DNA from: Candidatus Methanomethylophilaceae archaeon
GTDB taxonomy: Archaea > Thermoplasmatota > Thermoplasmata > Methanomassiliicoccales > Methanomethylophilaceae
Reading direction: 5' to 3'
DNA length: 64,000 bases
Assembly (NCBI GenBank): GCA_944320495.1
Contig: CALUHR010000005.1
Coordinates: 224,001 to 288,000 of the forward strand
Under the pieces are notes generated by a model that worked only from the letters and a program-made list of their open reading frames with translations, was not told the DNA's origin and did not search any database. A program made the translations under genes and the position numbers. Positions 51,256-61,342 of the stretch are shown piece after piece. Each line of letters opens with the position of its first letter. Position 1 is the stretch's first letter.

Positions 51256-51612
51256 ATGTACATTAGCGAGGAGGAGGAGGCCCGTCGCCTCGCGGAGATC
51301 AAGCGGTTCTGCGATGCGAACGGGATCCACGCGTCGAAGACGTTCGATTCGTACTACTTCACGATGCGCGGCCATCGGTACCGCGTGTCCAACCACACGG
51401 TGGAGGCATCCAACCGCCACGCCTACGACAGGGCCGGGCGGAAGCGCAGGGAGCTGTACCATCCCGACGGGAGGGAGGACGGCGTCACATACATCCACGC
51501 CAGCAGGTACCGCATCATCAGGATCTACCTGGACCTCAAGCTCGGCGCGAAGCTGGACGGACGCGGGCGCGTCGTGGGGTACACCTACCGCGGGAACGGA
51601 GGGGGCAGACGA
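51256..51612 (+). CDS. Hypothetical protein (ends at CGA 51610; standard-code end 51624 at TAG)
   Basis: RYRVSNH motif; CGATG junction. Confidence 0.7.
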
Positions 51613-52076
51613 TGGCCGTCATAGTCCGCGCCCCCGCAGACTCCGCTCCCACGTCAGTGCGCTGCTGGAACTGCCGGAGGAGGGGGCTGTCCAAGCCCCG
51701 CTCCCGTACGCTGTCCCCCGGGAGGGAGGACGGCGTGTACGCCTGCTCCGAGTGCGGCGCGCTCACGTCCATCCGCTCCACCCGCGGGGACCTGATCTGG
51801 GCGAGCGACGACGGGATGTGGGCCATCAGCACCGACGTGGACTGGAGTCGTCTCTTGGCCAGGAGGCCGGGGGCGAGGTTCGCCCTCGAGATCCAGTCCG
51901 CCGACGGACGGCGCATCCCCGCGTTCTCCGAGGGGCGCGGGATCCTCACGCTCTCCCCGATCCCTTCCGACGCACCGTCCGAGCTCCTCCAGGCCGTCAC
52001 GTTCTACATGCGCTCCCAGCAGAGGTCCTCCCCGCCCGAGGGGAAGTCCGTACGCGGGATCCTCAGGAGGCACCGA
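51612..52076 (+). CDS. Zinc-ribbon protein (ends at CGA 52074; standard-code end 52094)
   Basis: CWNC and CSEC cysteine pairs; the CGA lies 1 nt before the next TTG start. Confidence 0.65.
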
Positions 52077-52077
52077 G

Positions 52078-52464
52078 TTGACAACGTCCGATGACATCAG
52101 GGCCGAACTGGTCCGCCACCCGGCAGGGAAGAAAAAGAAGAAACTCACTCTGAACCAGAAGCGCGACATCCGCGACGGGATTGCCTTGGCGATGTCGTCG
52201 ATAGGTACGGCGATCTCCGTCGCCGCCTTCGCCATGACGCTCAGCCCCAAGAACGACTCCGAGGGCGTGGCCCTCGCGGACGATCTGGCCGGCTACTTCG
52301 GGGAGTTCGCCCCGTCACTGGGTGCGGATCGCCGCACCATGCTCCGCGCGATCTCCACCGCCGACGGGTGCAGACACATGATAACCGCGGTGAACGCGGT
52401 GGGTTCCGGGCGCGAGGCGTGGAGGCTCGTCCGCGAGCTGAACAAGAGGATGAGGGTCCTCTGA
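52078..52464 (+). CDS. Hypothetical protein with central hydrophobic helix
   Basis: TTG start, basic N-terminus and one TM-like segment. Confidence 0.55.
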   Translation: MTTSDDIRAELVRHPAGKKKKKLTLNQKRDIRDGIALAMSSIGTAISVAAFAMTLSPKNDSEGVALADDLAGYFGEFAPSLGADRRTMLRAISTADGCRHMITAVNAVGSGREAWRLVRELNKRMRVL

Positions 52465-52688
52465 ACCGCTTATAAACCCCTTCGGACCCATCGTCTGATG
52501 CGGTCTGGGACGGGAAAGACATTCTTACGCATCACCCAGAACCATGAATGATGTGCTGCGGCCCCAACCGTTAACTACGGAGGCATGGTTTCACCGCTCA
52601 TGCTGGGCGTCGACGTGGATCACGAGGAACTCATTGTCATCCCAGACGTTTCGGGATTCCGCGTAGAGGCGAATCCGAAGGATTCGGA

Positions 52689-53006
52689 TCGCTGAATCCC
52701 CCTCCGGTACTCGTTCAGGTAGTAGTCCAGCGCGTAGTCGCAGATGTCCGATCTCGCCATCAGCCCCATCGCGACGATCCCGTCTACGACGGCCTCGTCC
52801 AGACGCACCTGTATGGACTTCCCCTCACCGCGCCTCACCAGCTCCACGGACGTCGGCCGCTCCCTCCTGAGGCGGTCGTAGTAGGCCCTCATGGCGAAGC
52901 GGAGCAACTCGGAGATGTTCTCGAACTCGCCCGTCTCGATCAGGTGTTGGCACTGCGTGTATCTCTCTAGCCGTACCGTCACGGTCATCGGCACCTTGCA
53001 TCCCAT
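52689..53006 (-). CDS. Tandem ribbon-helix-helix regulator (ends at CGA; standard-code end 52620)
   Basis: TVTVRL...ISELLRFAMR and SIQVRL...SDICDYAL; divergent from the integrase across an AT-rich spacer. Confidence 0.7.
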
Positions 53007-53132
53007 GATTACCTACATTTGTTATTATATTAAATACATTTGTAATTAGAATCTGCCGAAGTATAAGCACAAATGTCATTAAAATAATGACAAATGTAAC
53101 TATTAAATATGGCACAGCCGAATCCGTAGGGC

Positions 53133-54158
53133 ATGGAAGCAAGAACATTCCTCAAGCAGTATGAATGTCAAATGAGCGTTGCGTGGAACGAGAAGCGCCG
53201 CAATTGGCCCGCCATCGGATCCGTCCCCCGTGGAGAGTATCTCTTTCCCGACACCGTCGAGGAGGACCTCCAGGCATGGTGGAGGCACCTGATTGATAGC
53301 AACATCAACTGGCATACGGTCAAGGCCAACTGGGCCGCCACCCGCAGATGCATCAAGCTCCTCATGGACGCAGGATTGAACTACGAGGCTTACGCCGTCG
53401 ATAGAGATGACATCATCTTTCTCAGAGAGGACGGTTTCGCTGGCCTCTCCCCCGACACCGTCAAGTGGTACATCATGCTCTTCGGGCGCTACCTGAAGTT
53501 CAACGGGAACTCGGTGATTGACGGCATGGATCTCCATTGGCAGAACTCGGACGTCCATCCCGGCAAGGACTGGCTGGAGAGGGAACAGGCCGCCGTTCTC
53601 ATGGCCTGCGACGGCTATACCGTCCACGAACGCACGGCACTCGTTCTGATGTTGACTATGGGACTCCGTAGGATCGAGGTCCTCAGGCTGAGGGTGGATG
53701 GCATCACCGACGACGGTGTCATAGTGTGCGGTAAGGGGCACGGCGGCGGGAAGTACCGCTTCGTGCCGTACTCCAAGGGCGCAAGGCTCCAGATCCAGGA
53801 GATGCTCCGCTGGAGGGAGATGCAGATCTCCGACGAGAGGGATCTCGACCCCGACTACGAACCTGATCCGGAGTTGTTCCTCACCCAGACGAGGCACCCG
53901 CATCACTACAATGAGGCGGGTACGGGGTTTGACAAGAGTATCCTGAGAGGCATACGCGATAAGTCGGGGGTGGAGTTCTCCAACCACACGTTGAGGAGGA
54001 CGTTTGCCAGGCTGACCTACTTCGAGAACCCCACAGAGAGGACGCTGGAGATACTGGCCAGCATCCTGGGCCACGAGGACACGAAGGTCACGCTCCGCTA
54101 CATTGGGGTGTCCGAGGACGAGAAGTCCGACGTCATGCTCAGCCAGAGCTGGTTCCGA
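53133..54158 (+). CDS. Tyrosine recombinase/integrase (ends at CGA 54156; standard-code end 54176)
   Basis: Catalytic set GLRRIE, HTLRR, LGH and TLRY. Confidence 0.92.
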
Positions 54159-54160
54159 TC

Positions 54161-54179
54161 CCCTCAACGGAGTTGAGGG
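54161..54179 (+). terminator. Hairpin downstream of the integrase
   Basis: CCCTCAAC-GGA-GTTGAGGG. The standard TGA stop falls inside this hairpin. Confidence 0.5.
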
Positions 54180-54477
54180 AAACCTCTTCCAAACATCGGA
54201 TCGGGCGAGACCGTTATATCGCACCCGATCCATCCCTTCATCACAACCGGGTGCGTCTCCGTGACCGTACGCCATGGCGAGCGAGAGTGTGAGTGCCGCA
54301 CCCATACCATGTTCTCATTTTTCGGTAGAGGAAACACCTCCGTTTCCACTGCAGACCATAAATACTGACCATCCCCATGTGGTGAGTGCGTGTTGGGATG
54401 CACGCAAGAGGAATCAAAATGGGAACGCAAGAGATTGCGTTCTCAGAGACTTTCGGAACCGAGACTGTGTCTGCGAT

Positions 54478-54506
54478 GGCGAGTTCAAATCTCGTCCCTT
54501 GCACCA
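54478..54506 (+). repeat. att site: duplicated 3' end of a tRNA (probably tRNA-Leu)
   Basis: GGCGAGTTCAAATCTCGTCCCTTGCACCA comprises a T arm, the acceptor 3' strand and CCA, with no 5' half. Confidence 0.75.
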
Positions 54507-54657
54507 CTCTTCTTCAACATTTCTCCGTTCAGAGGATGGTCCATCTCGTTCGTTTCGTAGAAAAAGGGGGCCGATCATGGGCCCTGACGACGCATGAGAT
54601 TGGAAGAAGGGAAGGATGGGGCGGACCCGTCCAATCGTCCGCCCCGGATTGTTCGTC

Positions 54658-55203
54658 TCAGGACCTCTTGGCGAGGGACGTGCACGGACATATCGTCTCC
54701 CCGGTCCTGACGTAGGAGTAGGTGGGCCCGTCGAACAGGACCGCACCCACCTTGGAGGAATCGATCTTGCCGTCCGTCAGCAGATCGTCCTGGACCCAGG
54801 TCGCCTTGATATCCAGGATGAAGTTGTCGAATCCTTCCGTTTCCACATTCTGGTATACCTCGCACTCCATCACGACCGGCGCCTTGTCGGGAATGGGCAC
54901 ACCACTGGTGCCGGGATGCCACAGCATGATTACCGACTTGTCGTCCTTGTTGCCGGTGAGGACCCCTGCGATGTCCGCCTCCCTCAGCATCCCCTCGTCC
55001 ACAAGGCAGACGGAGACCTTGCCGGTCTCCCTGATCCCCTTGTTGGTGTGATGGGCCTTCACCATGCTGACCATGATCCGGTCCATCCCGACGATGCCCG
55101 AATGGGCGACCTCGGTCCAGTTCGGCTTTCCGTCCACCATGGCGCCGACCACTACGATCGGCATCGGATTCAGCGCCATGACCGCACCTATGTTGCTCTG
55201 CAT
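54658..55203 (-). CDS. Flavin reductase family protein
   Basis: ALNPMPIVVVGA...PNW and APVVMECEV patterns. Confidence 0.9.
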   Translation of the reverse strand: MQSNIGAVMALNPMPIVVVGAMVDGKPNWTEVAHSGIVGMDRIMVSMVKAHHTNKGIRETGKVSVCLVDEGMLREADIAGVLTGNKDDKSVIMLWHPGTSGVPIPDKAPVVMECEVYQNVETEGFDNFILDIKATWVQDDLLTDGKIDSSKVGAVLFDGPTYSYVRTGETICPCTSLAKRS

Positions 55204-55333
55204 CCTTACATACCTCCTGTATCGAAGAGCTTCCTTCTTCGATAGGATGCATAATGTATTGTAATTCTAATTTAAATTACAATTCGTTACTACGGTGTAA
55301 CTTCTCGGAGCGTCTGACGGCAGGAGGATCCGA

Positions 55334-57169
55334 TCGGACCCTTCCCGCCACGGCGAGATCCGCGAGCCTGTCACGGCTGGCGCGATAGGAGTCCACCACC
55401 CCTGCCACGCCGTCCAGGAAGTCGGAGTCCGCAGAGGACAGCCCCAACCCATCCTGTGGGTCGGCCCCGTCCAGGAGCCTGACGGCGGCCTCCCTGGCCT
55501 CCGGGCCCGCGTCACGAGCGGAGCGGTACGCGGCGGCGCATCTGGCCGCCAGGTCGTCCAACGAGTCCGCGAGGGCCTCCAGCTCGGGGGACGGCTCCCT
55601 CTCGGCGTTCATGGCGATCTTCCTGGACACCGCCGCGGACTTCACGACGCAGTTGGCCTCCGCCTCGTCGTCGGGATTCCCGCGGAGCGAGGACATCAGG
55701 CAGGAGACGTGCTCCCTCGCGAGCGCCAGATGCCTGGCCGCCAGGTCCAGCGTCTCCTGCCCGAGACGGTACGGCAGGACGACGAAGTTGGCCAGCGTTG
55801 CGACGGCCACGCCCGCGAGTATGTACAGGACCCTCTCGGTCACGACGGTGTCCGTCGGGACGGCCATGCTCGCCGCTATCAGCGCGGAGACGGTGACGAA
55901 AGCCATCTGGACATCGTACCTCTTGGGATCGAGGACGGTGTAGACGTAGTTGATCAGCATCAGCGCGGCCGACATCAGGGCCACGTCCGAACCGGTGAGC
56001 GCGGCCAGCGCCATGAACGCCACGGCCCCGACCAGGGTCCCCGCGACCCTGCGAACGGACTTCTGCATCGATCCGTCCACGTAGGGCTGCACTATGGCCA
56101 CGGTGGTGAACAGCAGCCACTTCGCGTTCTCCAGGTCCCAGTGCCGCCAGACGAACGCCCACATCGCGAAGAGCAGGGTCATGCGGACGGCGAAGGTGAA
56201 CCTGACGGAGTCGACCCTCAGGTCCTCCCTGAGGCGGACGCCCATGGCGCGCACGGGCGGCCTCCCTCCGGGGAAGGACGCACTCGCCCCGGAGAGCCTC
56301 GACAGGGCGTCGTCCACGGCCGCGACGGCGGACATCATCAACGGGTCCGCCCCGCGGTTGGAGGACCGGACATCCGCGTATGTGGCGCGGAAGTCCTCCA
56401 GGGACGCTTTCCCGGCCTCATGGTCGGCCAGGATGTCCATCAGCGACGCCACGCCCTCCAGGAGCCTCGGATCCGCTTCCGGTGAGCACACCCTGCGGCC
56501 GAGTCCCCTGACAGCGACCATCAGATCCAGCAGGGAGCGGTCCGCCGGCGTCGTGAAGAAGTTGGACTTCAGGCGGTCGCCAAGAGCGGCGCCCAGGCCC
56601 TTGCAGGATGCGTCGAAGGCGGAGGCGTCGGGATGCCCTCCGGAGGCCGCGTCCCTCGCCGCGGATGCGACGGCGCGGCACAGGGCCTCCATGCCCCTGT
56701 GGGACGTCATCTCGAAGCGCCTACGGTTCACGACCCAGTTCATCCCCACCACGAGCACGGATCCGACGGCCAGCGCCAGCAACCTCACGGGCAGCTGCTC
56801 CGCCGTGACCGGCACGGCGAGCATGAATGCGTAGCCGAGCATGAACGGGAAGTGCATGGGGGACGCCAGGTCCTGCAGGGTGAGGAACACAACTGCGAAC
56901 ACCAGGACCAGGTTCAGCACCAGACCGAGGTACTCGTCCGTGAGGGATGCGTATGCGCACAGCCCCATCGCGAGGTTCAGCCCGAGTATCCCTCCGAGGT
57001 TGACCAGCGGACGGGCCGAGAGGTCCCTCTGGAGCAGCATCAGGGCCATCACAACGATGACCACCCCCACCAGCGAGTTCTCCTGACCGAAAACGGACGA
57101 GAACCCCGCTATGAAGATGACCATCACCGCGAAGAACACGGTCTTGCCTGCTATCGTCTTGGCGTCCAT
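55334..57169 (-). CDS. FUSC family membrane protein (ends at CGA; standard-code end 55277)
   Basis: Two TM blocks, WLLFTTVAIVQPY...RVAGTLVG and ERVLYILAG. Confidence 0.85.
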
Positions 57170-57238
57170 AGTGATTTTGAGCGCAATCAAATCCTGTATT
57201 TAACAGGAGACGATGACAGGAACGACGGAATCGGCGGA

Positions 57239-58243
57239 TCAGACGAACCTGTACGACAGCTCGCAGGCGCCGTCCCTCACATCGAACTCCGCCATGGCGC
57301 CGTTGACGAACGTCATCCTCGGCGCCTTGTGGCCGACGTCCGCATCAAACACCGCCGGCACGCCCAAGTCCCCTATCTCGGCCATGACCGCATCGTTGTA
57401 AGGGGATCCCCCGTGGTAGAACAGCGGCCTGCCGAACACGAACCCGGTGCAGTCCCGCAGCCAGCCCTTGTCGCACATCAGCCTCAGGAGCGTCCTGATG
57501 CGGTCCTCGGCCATGTCGTACGTCTCCAGGTACCAGACGACGCCGTCAGGCCCGTACCTGTCGACGAACCCCGACGCGTCGGCAGTATCGTACCTGACGA
57601 ACCAGTCGATCACGTCCATGCACCCGCCGATGAGCCTCCCCTCGAACCTGACGTCACCGGACGGCGAGACCCAGACTGTGTCGGCGTCCTCCCTGAAGGG
57701 CTCCAGACCGGTGACCCTGTCGGCGAAGCCCTCGGCGTGCCTGGCGAAGGACCTCTGCGACGTCCTGCGGCCCTCCAGGAACTCCAGGGACTGCTCCACG
57801 CTGGGGTGCCAGGGCTCCATGCCGAAGTCACCGTAGTTGCCCCCGTAGACGGTGGCCACGTCGTGCTCGGCCGTGATCTTGAACAGGAGGGTCGTGTTGT
57901 CCGAGTATCCCTGGAACCACTTCGGGTTAGATTCTATCAGATCCCAGTCCATCAGGGGGAGCATCTCGAACTCGTAGTCCCCTCCGGAGGCGGCGTAGAC
58001 GGCCGCGACCGACGGGTCCTCCATGAGGGAGTTGAACTCCTCGACGCGCTGCTCCGCCGGGGCGCTCCGCCCCTGCTCGTCGCACATGAAGGTGTCCGGG
58101 GTCTCGACGACCCTGTACCCCCTCTCCTCCAGCCTGCGCCTGGCGTTGGCGAACCTTGCGCGGTCGGTGGCCTCCGTGACCCCGGCCGAGGGGCCGGTGA
58201 CTCCGATGACGTCGCCTTTCGAGAGGAATCCGGGATACTTCAT
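57239..58243 (-). CDS. S66 family peptidase (LD-carboxypeptidase/MccF-like)
   Basis: IGVTGPS, ASGGD, GYSDNT and DVGHKAP motifs. Confidence 0.92.
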   Translation of the reverse strand: MKYPGFLSKGDVIGVTGPSAGVTEATDRARFANARRRLEERGYRVVETPDTFMCDEQGRSAPAEQRVEEFNSLMEDPSVAAVYAASGGDYEFEMLPLMDWDLIESNPKWFQGYSDNTTLLFKITAEHDVATVYGGNYGDFGMEPWHPSVEQSLEFLEGRRTSQRSFARHAEGFADRVTGLEPFREDADTVWVSPSGDVRFEGRLIGGCMDVIDWFVRYDTADASGFVDRYGPDGVVWYLETYDMAEDRIRTLLRLMCDKGWLRDCTGFVFGRPLFYHGGSPYNDAVMAEIGDLGVPAVFDADVGHKAPRMTFVNGAMAEFDVRDGACELSYRFV

Positions 58244-58295
58244 GCACCGTCAACGAATCGACCCTGTTATAAGCGATGCGCCCATCTGGACCCTC

Positions 58296-58787
58296 ATGGG
58301 AATCCTATCTGACAGGGACATCATGGAGAGTCTGATGACCGGGTACCTGGGCATCTCCGACTTCTCCGAGAGGGGCCTCACCCCCAACGGCTACGACCTC
58401 AGGATCGCCGAGATATCGGTGCGCGGGGACCCGGAGGTCAAGAGGGAGGGCACCGTCGCGATCCCACCCAGAACCATGTTCTACGTCTCCACCATCGAGC
58501 GCGTCAGGATGCCGAAGGACGTCTGCGCCCAGCTCTGGATGAGGACCACCTGGATCAGGAAGGGGTGCATCGGCGCGTTCGGGAAGATCGACGCCGGGTT
58601 CGAGGGGACGCTCACCCTCGGCGCCTACAACGCCACCGACGACGTCGTCGAAATCCCCGTCGGCGAGAGGTTCTGCCAGATGGTGTTCGAGACCCTGAAC
58701 TCCGAGACCGTGAAGGACTACGCGGCCAGGAGCGGGCACTACCAGGGCCAGACCGGCATCACCCTCGATCCCCTGAAGAGGGATTGA
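58296..58787 (+). CDS. dcd: dCTP deaminase
   Basis: PNGYDLR, KIDAGFEGTLT, RFCQMVFE and YQGQTG motifs. Confidence 0.92.
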   Translation: MGILSDRDIMESLMTGYLGISDFSERGLTPNGYDLRIAEISVRGDPEVKREGTVAIPPRTMFYVSTIERVRMPKDVCAQLWMRTTWIRKGCIGAFGKIDAGFEGTLTLGAYNATDDVVEIPVGERFCQMVFETLNSETVKDYAARSGHYQGQTGITLDPLKRD

Positions 58788-58801
58788 TTTTTCAGAGGGC
58801 C

Positions 58802-59071
58802 TCGGCCCTCCGTCCTGTACCTTCTCAGGGGGAGGTAGCACGCCGGGATCCTCGGCAGCGCCTTCGGCACGAAGCTGCCGTCGAGGATGTCCTCGATCAT
58901 CGCCTCCTCCCTGACCTCATACCTCTTCGGTATGAACCGGCGGGTCTCGTTGTCGACCCTGCCCACGTATATCCTGTCCGACACCGGGCTCCTCTTCTCC
59001 GGGACCCTGCAGGAGCGGCACTCGTAGATGTACGTGTAGCGGCCCTTCACGATGCGGACGATGTAGACCAT
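58802..59071 (-). pseudogene. Short ORF resembling a transposase N-terminus (ends at CGA; standard-code end 58739)
   Basis: KGRYTYIYE...IYVGRVDNET resembles IS1634-like N-termini; no DDE domain. Confidence 0.4.
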
Positions 59072-59244
59072 GGCATGGTGTCATCGATGGCTGTATATCA
59101 GCCTTGTCCGCGGGATTGTAGTTACCACCAGGATGCATCCAGCCTCATTATCCGTCCATATGGGCCCGCGGATGCGCACCTCTTCAAATACCGTGCACGA
59201 TTGGAGCAGTTCCGCGGCCATCAGAGGCCGAGGAGTGAACAGAG

Positions 59245-60210
59245 ATGGTGTTCATCAGATACCAGCACGTGGAGCGCCTCGACGCCGACGAGGCGGAGGG
59301 GCTCCTCGAGGGGAGATGCCACGTCTTCCCGAAGATGGACGGCTCGAACATGTGCGCCTACCTGGAGGACGGGGAGGTCCGCACCATGAGCAGGAACAAG
59401 GTGATCGGCCCTCCGGAGCCGTTCGCAGTGTTCGTTGCATCCCACGAGAACATAGCCAGGTTCCTGAGGGACTTCCCGGGGCTGCGCCTCTACGGGGAGT
59501 GGATGGTCCCGCACACCGTGAAGTCCTACGTCCCGGAGATATGGAACCGCTGGCTCATCTTCGACGTGACCACCGAGGACCCCTCGAGGACGTATCCTCT
59601 GAAGAACGGCGGAGCCCTCGACTGCGCCGGCAGGACGTACATCCCATACGAGGAGTACGCTCCGATACTCGGGATGTACGGCATCGAGTGCATCCCGCCC
59701 CTGGCGGTGATCGAGAACCCGGACCCGAAGGAGCTCGGGCGCATAGCCGACGAGGACAACACGTGGATGGTGGCCGAGGGCGCCGGATGCGGCGAGGGCG
59801 TTGTCGTGAAGAGGTACGACTTCACCAACAGGTACGGCAGGGCCGTGTGGGCCAAGGTGCTGAACTCCAGGTTCTGCGTGTTCAAGATCGCCGGCAGGGC
59901 GAGCAGGAACGAGGAGAAGCGCGACGGCACCAGCGTGGAGCACGAGATCGCCCTCAGGTACGTGACCCAGGACCTGGTGGACAAGGAGTACTCCAGGATC
60001 CTCGCGGAATCGGAGTCCAGGAACGTTCAGGGGCAGCTGCTCGGGACCGTCTGGCACTGCCTGGTCACGGAGTGCCTCTGGGACGCGGTCAAACGCTTCG
60101 GCTCGCCGACCGTGGACTTCAAGCTGCTGCGCAGGGAGTGCGATGTCCGCACCAAGATGATCCGTCCGGAGGCCTTCGGCCTCAGGGTCATGGAGGTAGC
60201 GGACGAGTGA
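59245..60210 (+). CDS. RNA ligase family (Rnl2-like) nucleotidyltransferase
   Basis: Motif I PKMDGSN, LYGEW, IFDV, GEGVVVK and WAKV. Confidence 0.85.
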   Translation: MVFIRYQHVERLDADEAEGLLEGRCHVFPKMDGSNMCAYLEDGEVRTMSRNKVIGPPEPFAVFVASHENIARFLRDFPGLRLYGEWMVPHTVKSYVPEIWNRWLIFDVTTEDPSRTYPLKNGGALDCAGRTYIPYEEYAPILGMYGIECIPPLAVIENPDPKELGRIADEDNTWMVAEGAGCGEGVVVKRYDFTNRYGRAVWAKVLNSRFCVFKIAGRASRNEEKRDGTSVEHEIALRYVTQDLVDKEYSRILAESESRNVQGQLLGTVWHCLVTECLWDAVKRFGSPTVDFKLLRRECDVRTKMIRPEAFGLRVMEVADE

Positions 60211-60323
60211 ATCACCAGCGGGGGCGGGGAGGGGTGTAAGGAACGCCGCCCCTCCCCGGATTACCCATGATTTGACAAAAACGAGAAACCCATTCACTGT
60301 CGTCAGAGGAGCGGATGCTCCGA

Positions 60324-61319
60324 TCGGAGCTTGTGGACGTCGATCGAGTACACGCTCATCGTCGGGGAGTAGGTCTTCAGCTCCGAGGTCTCGAGGGAGA
60401 TGGAATGCCCGTCCTCGGCGGCCATGGCCGCCATCTCCTCGCACAGCTTCGGGAAGTCGTCCCTCTCGATGATCTTGTACATGTGGACGGTGCCTCCCCT
60501 TTTGAGATGTGACAGAGCCAGCGGGAGGAACCTGTCCGCGATCTGCGGGAGGTTCATGATGATGCGGTCGGCCATCGGCAGGGTCGGGACGACGAGCGTG
60601 GCGTCGCCAGTGATCGGCTCCAGCACGTCGCAGCGGTTGTCCTTCCTGTTCATCAGCGCGAAGCGCTCCGTATCGGGATTCAGGTCGATCGAGTACACGG
60701 CGGAAGGCTTCGCGGCCCTGCAGATCTGGACCCCGAAGGGCGCCACACCGGCGAACATGTCGATAACAATCTCCCCTTCCTTGACCTGGGAGGCTATCCT
60801 GTGCCTCTCGCCGGCCAGCCTCGGGTTGAAGTAGACAACCGCTGGGTCGGTGTGCATCCTGGCTCCGAACTCCCTGTGGACCGTCTCAGACGGACCCTCG
60901 CCGGCGATGAGCTCCAGGTCCCTGACCCTCAGCTCGCCCTTGACGCCGGAATCCAGGAAGACGCAGCGGAGGCTGTGGTTGGCGCGCATCATGGCGGCGC
61001 CGATGTCGGATCTGAAGGGCATCAGCTCGTCCGGGAGCTTGATCATGCCCACGTCGCCCACGACATCGAAGGACGACGGCAGCATGTCGGACAGCCCCTC
61101 GGGCAGCGTCAGGAGCTCCCTGTAGTCGCCGACGGGACGCTCCTGCGGGCGTAGCTCCGCCTCGCACATCTCCATGCCCTCCACATCGGAGGTCACCGGG
61201 ATCAGCAGGAAGCCGTCCTCGGAGCCGATCCTGTGTGCCGTGTCCAGCAGACCGGCCTCGAGGATCCTGGCCCTCGCCGACTCGCCCTCGGCCTTCGGTA
61301 CCCTGACGCATCTGACCAT
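60324..61319 (-). CDS. trm5: Trm5/Taw2-family tRNA methyltransferase (ends at CGA; standard-code end 60303)
   Basis: SFDVVGD, VYFNPRL, DMFAGVAPF and IIMNLP motifs. Confidence 0.9.
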
Positions 61320-61342
61320 GCGACGCCCCATGCGCTCCACGT

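Larger units (their letters stand above)
1..54506. mobile_element. Large integrated element (provirus/ICE-like), left end outside window
   Basis: Tyrosine integrase at 53133 next to a tRNA 3' fragment at 54478-54506. Housekeeping genes resume immediately to the right. A shared promoter-like motif occurs from 364 to 51196, and the cargo is adhesins, TA genes and hypothetical proteins. Confidence 0.85.

Noticed and set aside
54420-54506. Complete tRNA gene
   Set aside because: Only the T arm, acceptor 3' strand and CCA are present. There is no matching 5' acceptor strand, D arm or anticodon arm.
11198-60326. CGA pattern as a motif-specific sequencing error
   Set aside because: Flanking bases differ between sites (A, C or G before; any base after), and many TGA stops are intact. 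It is unlikely but not excluded without raw reads.
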